A DNA stretch of 63,582 nt, filler included, from Bacteroidales bacterium (GTDB taxonomy: Bacteria; Bacteroidota; Bacteroidia; Bacteroidales; CAIWKO01): NCBI GenBank assembly GCA_035389045.1. It is 4 parts of 4 records of this genome, joined end to end, with 100 filler letters (N's around TTAATTAATTAA, not from the genome) between each part and the next. Parts side by side here need not be neighbours in the genome. Positions count along the whole stretch, not along the records: positions 1 to 19,099 come from DAOORA010000075.1; 3 more parts are not named here. One strand, written 5' to 3'. Below, in pieces: positions 1 to 9,647 of this stretch. The notes beneath the pieces were generated by a model. That model was given only the letters and a program-made list of their open reading frames with translations. It did no database searches and was not told where the DNA came from. Made by a program: the position numbers and the translations under genes. How positions within the stretch are numbered: position 1 is the first letter of the stretch; each line of letters opens with the position of its first letter.

Positions 1-77
1 CTATGTCTGCAAAATCTGCCTCGTTTCGCTAAAAAATCCATCATAAATCTTATGTGCCATAAAATCAAAACAATTTC
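1..77 (+). mobile_element. MITE family A, copy 1 (right half; window starts inside it)
   Basis: 1-77 nearly identical to 24037-24112; ends in ATAAAATCAAAACAATTTC followed by TA. Confidence 0.85.
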
Positions 78-99
78 TAAAATTTTGCACAGTAATTTT

Positions 100-271
100 A
101 GGGCACCTCTAAAACTTCAATTTTCTTCGTACGTCTTTGTTCTTCAAATCCTTGCGTCCGGCAGGCTCAGTACGGGCATATGCTCTCAGTACACTGCGGT
201 TTTCAAAACTTCGACTGCCTCGAACTTTTTTGTTTTTTGAAGCGCCTGATCGGGGTTATAAGAGATGCCCT
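100..271. mobile_element. Second small non-coding element with terminal inverted repeats (MITE-like, family B)
   Basis: Left AGGGCACCTCT (100-110) and right AGAGATGCCCT (261-271) are inverted with one mismatch; right-end sequence recurs at 25955-25987. Confidence 0.6.
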
Positions 272-274
272 TTA

Positions 275-1525
275 TTAGCTCCCTGTCCGTATTGCCACAA
301 CAGGATCGAGTTTTGACGCCATATACGCAGGAATATAACCAGCAATAAGCCCAATGATTGCCGAAACAGAAATTCCCGCCATAATATTTCCAAATGTTAG
401 TGACAAATCCATATCAAAAAAACCTGCAACAATGAGGGTTCCGATGTACACCAGACACAATCCGAGTAATCCGCCGACCAGGCAGAGGATGATGGCCTCG
501 AACAAAAATTCAAACAATATAAAATAATTTTTGGCGCCCAGCGACTTTTGTATCCCTATGATATGGGTACGCTCACGAACCGAAACAAACATAATATTGG
601 CTATTCCAAAACCACCTACCAGCAGGGAAAAACCACCAATAATCCATCCGGCAATCGAAATCACACTGAAAATACTGTCAAAACCTCTTGAAAGCAAATC
701 GGTTTCATTGATCGAAAAATCATCTTCACTGCCCGGCTTTAGTTTACGAATCGAACGCATCACTCCCGTAATTTCATCTTTAGCTTCTGCATTGGTAAAA
801 TTAGGTTTTACTTTAACAATTAGTGCCGGATTATAATATTCATGAGAAATATCAATAACATTCCTGGCAAAGTTTACAGGTATGATGGCTTGTTTATCTG
901 TAGAATTGCCTAAAATATCATCTCCCTCTTTTTCAAAAACGCCTACCACTTCGAGTTTCCGTCCGAAAACTTTTACCTGTTTGCCGATAGGTTCCTGATT
1001 TTCAAAAAGATTTTCAGCAATGTAATCCCCAATGATGATAACATTCTTTCCGCCCGCAGATTCCTGTAGTGTAAAATACCTCCCGGCCCTCAACTTAACC
1101 GGAAAAACCTTATCGTAATCATGTGAAACACACGACACGCCCACATCATCAATACTTCTTTGAAGATGAACCAGGGTTTTGCCCGTCGAAATCATGAACG
1201 TGGCGGCATCAACACTGTTCGATCGTTTCAGCAGATCCGCCAGATCGGAATATTTGGTTTCCGGACGGTTGAAATATTTCCACCAGGGATAATCACTGCC
1301 GAATGACCATGGCCATTTCTGGATGAACAAAACATTATTGCCAAGCATTTCAATGTTTTTGCGAATAGTCATCTCTAAAGAATCCACGATGGTAAAAACC
1401 GAAATCACTGCAAAAATACCAATAGTGATTCCCAGTAATGATAAAAATGTCCGCAATTTATTGATGATAATCGACTGAAAAGCAGATATAAAACTTTCGT
1501 GAATAAGTTTAATAAAAAGTATCAT
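275..1525 (-). CDS. ABC transporter permease, MacB/FtsX family
   Basis: NKLRTFLSLLGITIGIFAVI N-terminal TM, large periplasmic domain, GGFGIANIMFVSVRERTHIIGIQKSLGA, ends ASKLDPVVAIR. Confidence 0.93.
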   Translation of the reverse strand: MILFIKLIHESFISAFQSIIINKLRTFLSLLGITIGIFAVISVFTIVDSLEMTIRKNIEMLGNNVLFIQKWPWSFGSDYPWWKYFNRPETKYSDLADLLKRSNSVDAATFMISTGKTLVHLQRSIDDVGVSCVSHDYDKVFPVKLRAGRYFTLQESAGGKNVIIIGDYIAENLFENQEPIGKQVKVFGRKLEVVGVFEKEGDDILGNSTDKQAIIPVNFARNVIDISHEYYNPALIVKVKPNFTNAEAKDEITGVMRSIRKLKPGSEDDFSINETDLLSRGFDSIFSVISIAGWIIGGFSLLVGGFGIANIMFVSVRERTHIIGIQKSLGAKNYFILFEFLFEAIILCLVGGLLGLCLVYIGTLIVAGFFDMDLSLTFGNIMAGISVSAIIGLIAGYIPAYMASKLDPVVAIRTGS

Positions 1526-1772
1526 GTATTATATTTAAAGAGTAACAATCTTAGATTTCTTTCGTTTAACACCTGTTTTGGTTATCGTTGATTTTTATAT
1601 GACGGTATAAAATTACAAAAAGTGTTGACTTAAGTATAATTACTCCCGGCGACAACGTAAGTTTTTGTCTGTGAGTTGAAATTTTTATTAAAAATATAAA
1701 ATAATAATTGGTAAAAATAATTTAATTCGTTTTAATTATCGAACTTTGCAACAATTATAATTATAGGTGAGG

Positions 1773-3290
1773 ATGAAAAGGATTAACCGCGCATTGATAT
1801 CGGTTTATCACAAAACAGGTCTTGAAGAAATAATTGAGAGGCTTAAATCTTCCGGTGTTACGATATATTCAACCGGAGGCTCGCTGGAGTATATAAAACA
1901 ATTCTGTCAGGATGTTATTTCCGTCGAATCGCTTACGGGATACCCTTCATTGCTTGGCGGCAGAGTAAAAACCCTGCATCCGAAAGTTTTTGGCGGCATA
2001 CTGTACCAGCGCAGCAACGATCAGGACCTTGCAGAAGCAGAAGAATTCGGGCTCCCTCCTATTGATCTGGTAATCGTTGATCTTTACCCCTTTGAAGCCA
2101 CAGTGGCTGCCGGAGAAACTGAAGAAGAAATAATTGAAAAAATTGATATCGGTGGCATATCCCTGATACGCGCTGCGGCAAAAAATTTTAACGATGTGGT
2201 TATTGTGCCTTCTGCCGAACATTACAGTAAACTACTGCAGGTGCTTACAGAAAAAAACGGTTGTACCTCACTGGAAGACCGCAGATACTTCGCTTCACAG
2301 GCCTTCAATGTTACATCGCATTATGACACAGCCATTTTTAATTATTTTAATTCAGACGGTAGTATCCCTGTTTTCAAGAAAAGTTTTTCCAACCCGACAG
2401 CACTCCGTTATGGCGAAAATCCTCATCAGCAGGGAGTTTTCTTTGGGAACCCTGACGAAATTTTTGAGCAATTGCACGGAAAAAGTATTTCATACAACAA
2501 CCTGCTTGATATTGATGCGGCCATTAATCTTATTTCTGATTTTCCGGAAACTACATTTGCAGTCTTAAAACACAACAATGCCTGTGGAGTGGCAAGCCGT
2601 AAAAAACTCTGTGATGCCTGGAAAGATGCCCTCGCCGGTGATCCCGTATCAGCTTTTGGAGGTGTACTGATAACCAACCGGACTATAGACAAAGAAACAG
2701 CCGAAGCGGTTCATGCTCTGTTTTTTGAAGTGCTCATTGCCCCTGATTATGAGAAAGAAGCGCTGGAACTGCTTTGTCAGAAAAAGAACCGGATCATCCT
2801 GAAACAAAAGATGAATAATTTCGGATCAAAACAATTCAGAACGTTGCTTAACGGTGTCATCGTTCAGGATAAAGATATGAAAACCGAAACACCCGACGAC
2901 CTCAGGGTGGTCACAGAAACAGCGCCGGATGCCACAGAAATTGAAGATCTGCTGTTTGCAAACAAAATTGTAAAACACACCAAATCCAATGCTATTGTCC
3001 TGGTGAAAAACTCACAACTGCTGGGCAGCGGTACCGGGCAAACTTCAAGGGTGGATGCGTTACGTCAGGCTATCGCCCGGGCAAAGGAATTCGAAAAAGA
3101 ACTGAACAAAGCCGTGATGGCGTCCGATGCGTTTTTCCCGTTTTCAGACTGTGTAGAAATAGCATCACGGGAAGGAATACGGGCTGTCATTCAACCGGGG
3201 GGATCGGTAAGGGATAACGACTCCATCGAATTTTGCAACAAACATAATATTTCAATGGTTTTTACCGGATTCAGACATTTTAAACACTAA
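1773..3290 (+). CDS. purH: Bifunctional AICAR transformylase/IMP cyclohydrolase
   Basis: RALISVYHKTG, GGRVKTLHPK, IDIGGISLIRAAAKN, LRYGENPHQ, ASDAFFPF, IQPGGSVRD, terminal RHFKH; ATG 1773 preferred over GTG 1767. Confidence 0.98.
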   Translation: MKRINRALISVYHKTGLEEIIERLKSSGVTIYSTGGSLEYIKQFCQDVISVESLTGYPSLLGGRVKTLHPKVFGGILYQRSNDQDLAEAEEFGLPPIDLVIVDLYPFEATVAAGETEEEIIEKIDIGGISLIRAAAKNFNDVVIVPSAEHYSKLLQVLTEKNGCTSLEDRRYFASQAFNVTSHYDTAIFNYFNSDGSIPVFKKSFSNPTALRYGENPHQQGVFFGNPDEIFEQLHGKSISYNNLLDIDAAINLISDFPETTFAVLKHNNACGVASRKKLCDAWKDALAGDPVSAFGGVLITNRTIDKETAEAVHALFFEVLIAPDYEKEALELLCQKKNRIILKQKMNNFGSKQFRTLLNGVIVQDKDMKTETPDDLRVVTETAPDATEIEDLLFANKIVKHTKSNAIVLVKNSQLLGSGTGQTSRVDALRQAIARAKEFEKELNKAVMASDAFFPFSDCVEIASREGIRAVIQPGGSVRDNDSIEFCNKHNISMVFTGFRHFKH

Positions 3291-3310
3291 TAAAATTAAT
3301 AAAACCTGCT

Positions 3311-4333
3311 ATGGGCTTATTGTCACTTTTCACCAAAGAAATCGCTGTCGACCTTGGAACCGCCAATACAATCATCATATATAACGATAAAATTGTTGTT
3401 GAGGAGCCTTCCATTATTGCCGTGAACCTCATTACCGGAAAAACAGAGGCTGTGGGAAAAAAAGCTCAGATGATGCATGGCAAATGCCATCAGAACATCA
3501 GAACCATAAGACCTTTGCGTGACGGTGTCATTGCCGATTTTCATTCGGCTGAGATCATGATAAAGGAATTCATTAAAATGATGAGCACCAAACATTCTTT
3601 GTTCCCGCCGTCTCTGAAAGCAGTTATCAGCATTCCGTCGGGCATCACCGAAGTGGAAGAACGTGCTGTGCGTGACTCGGCAGAACAGGCCGGCGCCAAG
3701 GAAGTGCGAATGATACATGAACCCATGGCAGCAGCCATAGGCATAGGTATCGATGTGCTGGAACCAAACGGAAATATGGTCATTGACATTGGCGGAGGAA
3801 CGAGCGAAATAGCTGTAATAGCCCTCGGAGGTATTGTGAACAACAAATCAATCCGTGTTGCCGGTGATGAGTTTAATGATGATATTGAAGAATATTTGCG
3901 CAAACAGCATAATATGAACATCGGGGAACGGACAGCCGAACGCATTAAAATCGAGGTGGGCGCCGCTTTGCCGGATATTGAAAATCCCCCGCCCGATTTT
4001 GCCGTACATGGCCGCGATATGCTCACGGGCATTCCCAAAGAGATCATGGTGAATTATGCTGAAATAGCCCATGCACTCGATAAATCCATATCAAAAATTG
4101 AAACAGCCGTACTGAGCGCCCTGGACATGACACCACCCGAACTTTCCGCAGATATTTTCCGCACCGGTATCTACCTCGCAGGCGGCGGTGCATTATTGCG
4201 CGGACTTGACAAAAGGCTGCACATGAAAACAAAACTGACCGTGCATATAGCTGAAGAACCGTTGAAAGCAGTAGCACGCGGCTCTGCCATTGCCTTGAAA
4301 AACTTTGATAAATTTCCGTTCCTCATCAAATAG
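3311..4333 (+). CDS. mreB: Rod shape-determining protein MreB
   Basis: IAVDLGTANT, IRPLRDGVIADF, EPMAAAIG, DIGGGTSE, LAGGGALLRGLD. Confidence 0.98.
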   Translation: MGLLSLFTKEIAVDLGTANTIIIYNDKIVVEEPSIIAVNLITGKTEAVGKKAQMMHGKCHQNIRTIRPLRDGVIADFHSAEIMIKEFIKMMSTKHSLFPPSLKAVISIPSGITEVEERAVRDSAEQAGAKEVRMIHEPMAAAIGIGIDVLEPNGNMVIDIGGGTSEIAVIALGGIVNNKSIRVAGDEFNDDIEEYLRKQHNMNIGERTAERIKIEVGAALPDIENPPPDFAVHGRDMLTGIPKEIMVNYAEIAHALDKSISKIETAVLSALDMTPPELSADIFRTGIYLAGGGALLRGLDKRLHMKTKLTVHIAEEPLKAVARGSAIALKNFDKFPFLIK

Positions 4334-4390
4334 AGCCGTTGCTTTTTGTTGATGATTTTATCACGAAAATCCTGAGTGTAATTTTTTCTT

Positions 4391-5221
4391 ATGCGCCCGC
4401 TGCTCCAGTTTTTGCTTAAACATTACAATTTTTTCCTGTTCATTTTACTGGAGTTCTTTGCGTTGTTTTATATTGTCCGAAGCAACTATTATCAGCAATC
4501 CGTTTTTATTAACTCTGCCAACGTAATCAGCGGAAGAATCTATAAAACAAAAAGTAATATTTCGGACTATCTTGCATTAAAGACAATCAACAAAATGCTT
4601 GCAGATGAAAATGCAAGACTCCGAAGCTCCAATCAGAGTGCATTTCTAAAGACCAATAACAGGACTTATGTGATCAACGACACGCTTTACCAGCAACAAT
4701 ATGAATATACCGAAGCATCCATTATTTCAAACACCTATCATAAGCTCAATAATTATATTACTTTAAACAAAGGGTACAATCAGGGAGTTCGTAAGGAAAT
4801 GGGAGTGATCAGTTCTCAGGGAGTCGTTGGTATAGTAAAAGATGTATCGGATAATTTCAGCACCGTCACATCCTTATTGCATTCCAAATCGAAAATATCC
4901 GCTAAAGTCAAAAAAAATGATTATGTGGGAACTGTGATCTGGGAAGGCGGAGATTATAATTTCGCCACATTGAAAGACATCCCCGCACATGTTAAAATTT
5001 CTTCCGGTGACACTATTGTTACCAGCGGATACTCTTTGATTTTTCCGGGGGGAATACCCATAGGAACCATTTACCTGTACAACCTGAATAAGGGCAACGA
5101 TTTTTATGAAATAAAAATCCGCCTCACCACCGAATTCAATAAAATTTCCTATGTGTATGTGGTAAAATCACTGATGAAAGAAGAATTGGATTCACTAAAA
5201 ACAAAGTCGCAAAATGACTAA
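4391..5221 (+). CDS. mreC: Rod shape-determining protein MreC
   Basis: N-terminal TM, coiled coil (LADENARLR), ITLNKG..GV..MGVISSQGVVG, GDTIVTSGYSLIFPGGIPIG; follows mreB. Confidence 0.95.
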   Translation: MRPLLQFLLKHYNFFLFILLEFFALFYIVRSNYYQQSVFINSANVISGRIYKTKSNISDYLALKTINKMLADENARLRSSNQSAFLKTNNRTYVINDTLYQQQYEYTEASIISNTYHKLNNYITLNKGYNQGVRKEMGVISSQGVVGIVKDVSDNFSTVTSLLHSKSKISAKVKKNDYVGTVIWEGGDYNFATLKDIPAHVKISSGDTIVTSGYSLIFPGGIPIGTIYLYNLNKGNDFYEIKIRLTTEFNKISYVYVVKSLMKEELDSLKTKSQND

Positions 5222-5723
5222 TCTGATACTGAAAAATATAATCCGCTTTTTTGTTCTGATATTTTTTCAGGTTCTGGTTTTTAATAACATTCATGTTTTT
5301 TCATACATAACACCATTCGTTTATATTTTGTTTGTCTTGCTGCTCCCGTTCGAAACACCCCGGTGGCTGCTGTTGTTATCCGGTTTTACCCTGGGAATAA
5401 CCATGGATGTTTTTTCCGACACCGGAGGGATACACACCGCGGCCACGGTGTTGATCGCTTATGTCAGACCCTGGACTCAAAATGTAATTTCTTCAAAACA
5501 AGAATATGAACCAGGCATACAACCCGGAATAAAAAACCTCGGTTTTACCTGGTTTTTTTCATACGGATTGATACTCACAGCCATACATCATGTCACCCTG
5601 TTCTATCTGGAGGTTTTCAGATTCACGGACTTTTTCAGAACATTGCTCCATGCCATGTACAATGTTGCATACAGCATGGTCTTTATTATAATATTACTGT
5701 ATTTGTTTTACAGAAAAATTTAA
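5214..5723 (+). CDS. mreD: Rod shape-determining protein MreD
   Basis: Hydrophobic 169 aa overlapping mreC stop; QVLVFNNI..FSYITPFVYILFVLLLP, GITMDVFSDTGGIH. Confidence 0.93.
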   Translation: MTNLILKNIIRFFVLIFFQVLVFNNIHVFSYITPFVYILFVLLLPFETPRWLLLLSGFTLGITMDVFSDTGGIHTAATVLIAYVRPWTQNVISSKQEYEPGIQPGIKNLGFTWFFSYGLILTAIHHVTLFYLEVFRFTDFFRTLLHAMYNVAYSMVFIIILLYLFYRKI

Positions 5724-5734
5724 ATACAGTGTCA

Positions 5735-6166
5735 CTAATTCTTTTTTCCTGCCTCGTCATCCTGCGCCCTGAAATCTGCTGTTTTAAATTCTATTAATTG
5801 CCAGTTTTCCTTTGGCTTGTACAGCGAAAAAGAAAACTTGGTGGGCTGCCTGTCGAATTTGAGCATAAAGATCATCACCACATAACTTTCCGAAATCACC
5901 TTTTTCTCAATGAGCTCATACCCGTAATATTGCCCCATCATCGGCAGTATTTCCTTAACTTTTACCTTATTACTTTCCTGAAGCTGCTTATTTATCCATT
6001 TATTTGTTCCGAAAATATAATCAAACGCAGCATCTGAGCCATTCGCCTGAAACAATTCAAAAAAATGACCGGTAATGTCTTCGGGCTTTTCCTGTGCATA
6101 AATCAAACACGGTTTTATTGCTAACAAACTCATAAAAATAATGACCGTTGAAATGTTAATTTTCAT
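5735..6166 (-). CDS. Hypothetical secreted protein
   Basis: 143-aa ORF with signal peptide ending IYA-Q; no family recognised with confidence. Confidence 0.75.
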   Translation of the reverse strand: MKINISTVIIFMSLLAIKPCLIYAQEKPEDITGHFFELFQANGSDAAFDYIFGTNKWINKQLQESNKVKVKEILPMMGQYYGYELIEKKVISESYVVMIFMLKFDRQPTKFSFSLYKPKENWQLIEFKTADFRAQDDEAGKKN

Positions 6167-6315
6167 ATTTGTACAACTTTATTGAATACTAAACCTTACA
6201 ATAACAAAATTCATCGTAAAATTATTTTATTTTTTTGTTTTTTTATCTTATTTTTTGTTTTTATTTATAACTTTGTTTGCTGTAAACAAATACAACAAAA
6301 AACAAATTAATATTC

Positions 6316-6819
6316 ATGAAAAATAAATTTATTATATTGTTGCTTACAATGATCTCTTTCAACTGTTTTTCACAGACGAAAGAATCCGGCAGCAGGTATT
6401 TCAAAGCCAGTTTTAACAATATCACCATAGATATTCCCGATGGTTTTGAAGCAGTCCCCAACCAAAACGGATTTCTTCACAAGGGCAGTGCTTCTACATT
6501 GATGATCAATGAAATATCAAATTCTCCTTACAGTTTTACGGTGAGTCATTTTAAGCCGGAAAATCTTGAAAAGGACGGGGCGAAGGTTACAGAAATGCAG
6601 GAAATAAAAACAGCTGCCGGACAGGACGCACTTCTTTATACACTCACACTGACGTTACCCGGCAAAGACAACACTACAAAAGTTGATTTTGAGCGTATGG
6701 TGCTGCTCACAGGCAACAATAATACAACATTTTGTGTTGTTGCAAGTTATCCTCTGATTATCAGAGACCTGATCCTGGAACCACTGAAAACATCCATGTT
6801 ATCCGTCATTATAAATTAA
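6316..6819 (+). CDS. Small secreted hypothetical protein, paralog of 13850-14398
   Basis: Signal peptide ending CFS-Q; shares GFLHKG/GFMHEG, EISxxPY, ERMxLxTG, AxYP, PLKxSxLSV with the 13850 ORF. Confidence 0.85.
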   Translation: MKNKFIILLLTMISFNCFSQTKESGSRYFKASFNNITIDIPDGFEAVPNQNGFLHKGSASTLMINEISNSPYSFTVSHFKPENLEKDGAKVTEMQEIKTAAGQDALLYTLTLTLPGKDNTTKVDFERMVLLTGNNNTTFCVVASYPLIIRDLILEPLKTSMLSVIIN

Positions 6820-6833
6820 TCAAACCGTTTGGT

Positions 6834-9635
6834 ATGAAAAAATTATACTATGCTTTTTCTTTGTTTTTGTTGTTCATCCCCGGCCTGGCCTTTACACAAA
6901 CTCAAACCGACACCTATCATGTAACATGGGAAACAGAAAGTCAGGACATGTGGGGCCCCAATGGTTCGGCATTCCTTATGGACACCTCCATCAATTTGTT
7001 TGATGTCAACGAAGCAGATGTGGTCACAGCCGGCTCTATCACCAATATTTTCGGCGGTGATTTCGGCGCTATGCTTTCTATAGATTACTGGCTCAGGCTG
7101 GGCTCGAATTTTAATATTGAAGGTTTTACAACGGGTTGGGTTGATGTAAATTATCCAACCATCATCAATCTTACATATCCTGCCAGCCAGACTTTTAATC
7201 CTGGACAGACGATCACCATTGCTTCAGATTATCAGGTGGATAACGGATGGTACTTAGAAACACAATTTCCAACATCAGGACATATTTCCTTTGACTTTTA
7301 TTTTGGATTTAATATTGATGTGGATGCTACCGTTTGCGTATGGAGTTGTTCTACTTTTGATGTTTTTGAAGTCGGCGTACCTCTTGATACAACCTTGCTT
7401 TTCGATATTTCTGACAGCAACGGCGTGGCTTCCATCACCTATCCCTGGTATGACCCCGTACTGGGATTCTATATGGCTCATGACACCATACTTCCCTTGA
7501 TTTTCAATAATCTTGGCGGCATTGGCCTAAGCGGGATGATCACATTGCCTTATGTAGAGACAAACGATTATATGCTCCCCAATGACAAATGCCTGTATGC
7601 CAAAGGCGACAGCGCATTTATGTGGTTCGACCTTGACATTCTCACCTTTCTCGGCGCCTTCGATCCGAGCCTGGACTCGATCCTCGATTTGCTGAACGGA
7701 ACAATTAATATTGGAGGAGGAATATCCATTGATTACAGCTTATTAACCATGCACCTGTTGGTTACAAGCTATATGGTACAGGATTTTTCGTTTTGCCCTA
7801 CCATTTGGGCAAACCTTACGTTTCCCAATCATTACAGTTTCACAGAGACGGTACCCGGTTCAGGGGCCGTGGTCAATTCGGGATACAGCAACAGCATTAC
7901 ATTCCAGGTTGACCATAACCTGAATTTAGACCTGCCTTGTGCCATGCCAAATCACCTGCCGGCATATGTAAAGTTTTCCATGGATAATAATTTCAGAAAC
8001 CACACCTGGGACAGTATCACTTTCACATTCGTACTTACCGCTTTTACATTTACTTTAAATCTGCCGTCGTTCCCTATCCTGCCCGATTTCTGCATACCTG
8101 AATACTGTATAAATATGCCGTTCCCCTGCCCGGAAAAATCCCTGGGTAACGATACCTGCTGGCAACAGGTTTGTTTTCCCGAAGTCTGCACTCCGGCCAC
8201 CACACCACAACCCGATCTCAGCTATACCATCGGGCCACTTATCAATCTGAGTATCCCCCTGGGATATATCCCTATAACCTGGTTCGACCAGACATGGGAA
8301 TTGGCAGGATTTCATCCCGATAACAGCGGAGTCGGCTTGTTCGATACCGTGATGCCCAACCAGATGGTGATGTATCCCACCCCGCCATTCTCAACTGAAA
8401 TTGACGGACCAAATGTGATCTGTTTTGGTGACACCAACGCTGTTATTACAGTTCATTCTATATATGGAACACCTCCATACACCTATGTATGGAACACTGG
8501 AGATTCCACCACCACCAGTGCAACGGCAGATAGCATAATGGTCGGGGTCGGAAGCTATACCGTTACAGTTTCTGATGCTAACGGATGCACCTCCACCGAA
8601 CAACTTATCATTTATTACGTAAATCCTGAAATTTTTATTGAGCTGACAGGCACCGACATCAATTGCGCCGGCGACAGTACCGGGATGATCGTTGCTCATG
8701 TATGGGGCGGAACGCCGGGATATACCTATAGCTGGTCGCCTTTCGGAGGAACTACCGATACCGCTTCAAACCTGCCTCATGGCACCTATATCCTCACGGT
8801 TATTGATTCTGTCGACTGTGATAAAACAGATTCCATCACCCTTATTGAATTACACCCCCTGCCTCCGGTTAATTTCACTGCTGATGTCACCGAAGGCTGC
8901 CAACCCCTGGTTGTTAACTTCAGCGAACTAAGTCCCGACCAGGGCCAGACCTACCTGTGGGATTATCACGACAGCACCGCTTACGACACTACTAAAAACA
9001 CCACACATATTTATCAGGATTACGGAACGTATGATGTGTCCCTGACCGTGGTCTCCATCTTTGGATGCGACAGCACCATGTACAGGCCCGGATACATCAG
9101 CGTCCATCCCAAACCCGTTGCTGAATTTACTTACGATCCCCACATTGTAAAGAAAACCGAATATCCGACCTGGACCGTGTTTTTTGAAGATCATTCAACC
9201 TTTGCTTATGCCTGGGATTGGGACTTTAATGATCCCGGATCGGGAACAGGCAACACGTCCGACCTTCAGTCGCCGGCTCATTCATTCTCCGGCGAAAATA
9301 TGTATTATGTTTCCCTGATCACAACCTCCGACTTTGGATGCAAAGACACGGTGGTTCACAAAGTTGAAGTCATCAATGACATACTCCGTTTTGAAAACGT
9401 TTTTACACCCAATAACGACGGGTATAATGATGTTTTTGAAATAGAAAATGTTGAAAAATATCCCGAAAATAAACTGACCATTTATAACCGCTGGGGCATT
9501 AAAGTTTTTGATACCTATCAGTATCGTAATACCTGGAATGCCGAAGGAGTTCCCGATGGCGTTTATTATTTTATTTTCAATCCGGGTATCATCGGCAGCA
9601 AACCAGTAGAAGGAACAATCACTATTATGAGATAA
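6834..9635 (+). CDS. T9SS type-B cargo: unknown N-terminal domain, SprB-like repeats, PKD domains, gliding-motility-type CTD
   Basis: True start MKKLYY at 6834 (signal peptide); GTPPYTYVW/GGTPGYTYSW repeats; GCQPLVVNF PKD; CTD FENVFTPNNDGYNDVF..IYNRWG..GVYYF..GTITIMR. Confidence 0.9.
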   Translation: MKKLYYAFSLFLLFIPGLAFTQTQTDTYHVTWETESQDMWGPNGSAFLMDTSINLFDVNEADVVTAGSITNIFGGDFGAMLSIDYWLRLGSNFNIEGFTTGWVDVNYPTIINLTYPASQTFNPGQTITIASDYQVDNGWYLETQFPTSGHISFDFYFGFNIDVDATVCVWSCSTFDVFEVGVPLDTTLLFDISDSNGVASITYPWYDPVLGFYMAHDTILPLIFNNLGGIGLSGMITLPYVETNDYMLPNDKCLYAKGDSAFMWFDLDILTFLGAFDPSLDSILDLLNGTINIGGGISIDYSLLTMHLLVTSYMVQDFSFCPTIWANLTFPNHYSFTETVPGSGAVVNSGYSNSITFQVDHNLNLDLPCAMPNHLPAYVKFSMDNNFRNHTWDSITFTFVLTAFTFTLNLPSFPILPDFCIPEYCINMPFPCPEKSLGNDTCWQQVCFPEVCTPATTPQPDLSYTIGPLINLSIPLGYIPITWFDQTWELAGFHPDNSGVGLFDTVMPNQMVMYPTPPFSTEIDGPNVICFGDTNAVITVHSIYGTPPYTYVWNTGDSTTTSATADSIMVGVGSYTVTVSDANGCTSTEQLIIYYVNPEIFIELTGTDINCAGDSTGMIVAHVWGGTPGYTYSWSPFGGTTDTASNLPHGTYILTVIDSVDCDKTDSITLIELHPLPPVNFTADVTEGCQPLVVNFSELSPDQGQTYLWDYHDSTAYDTTKNTTHIYQDYGTYDVSLTVVSIFGCDSTMYRPGYISVHPKPVAEFTYDPHIVKKTEYPTWTVFFEDHSTFAYAWDWDFNDPGSGTGNTSDLQSPAHSFSGENMYYVSLITTSDFGCKDTVVHKVEVINDILRFENVFTPNNDGYNDVFEIENVEKYPENKLTIYNRWGIKVFDTYQYRNTWNAEGVPDGVYYFIFNPGIIGSKPVEGTITIMR

Positions 9636-9647
9636 AACATTATTATT

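Noticed and set aside
52..240. 62-aa ORF
   Set aside because: Lies across two non-coding repeat elements and has no protein-like features.
6732..6833. MCCCK.. N-terminal extension of the 967-aa ORF
   Set aside because: Overlaps the upstream gene; the signal peptide begins at ATG 6834.
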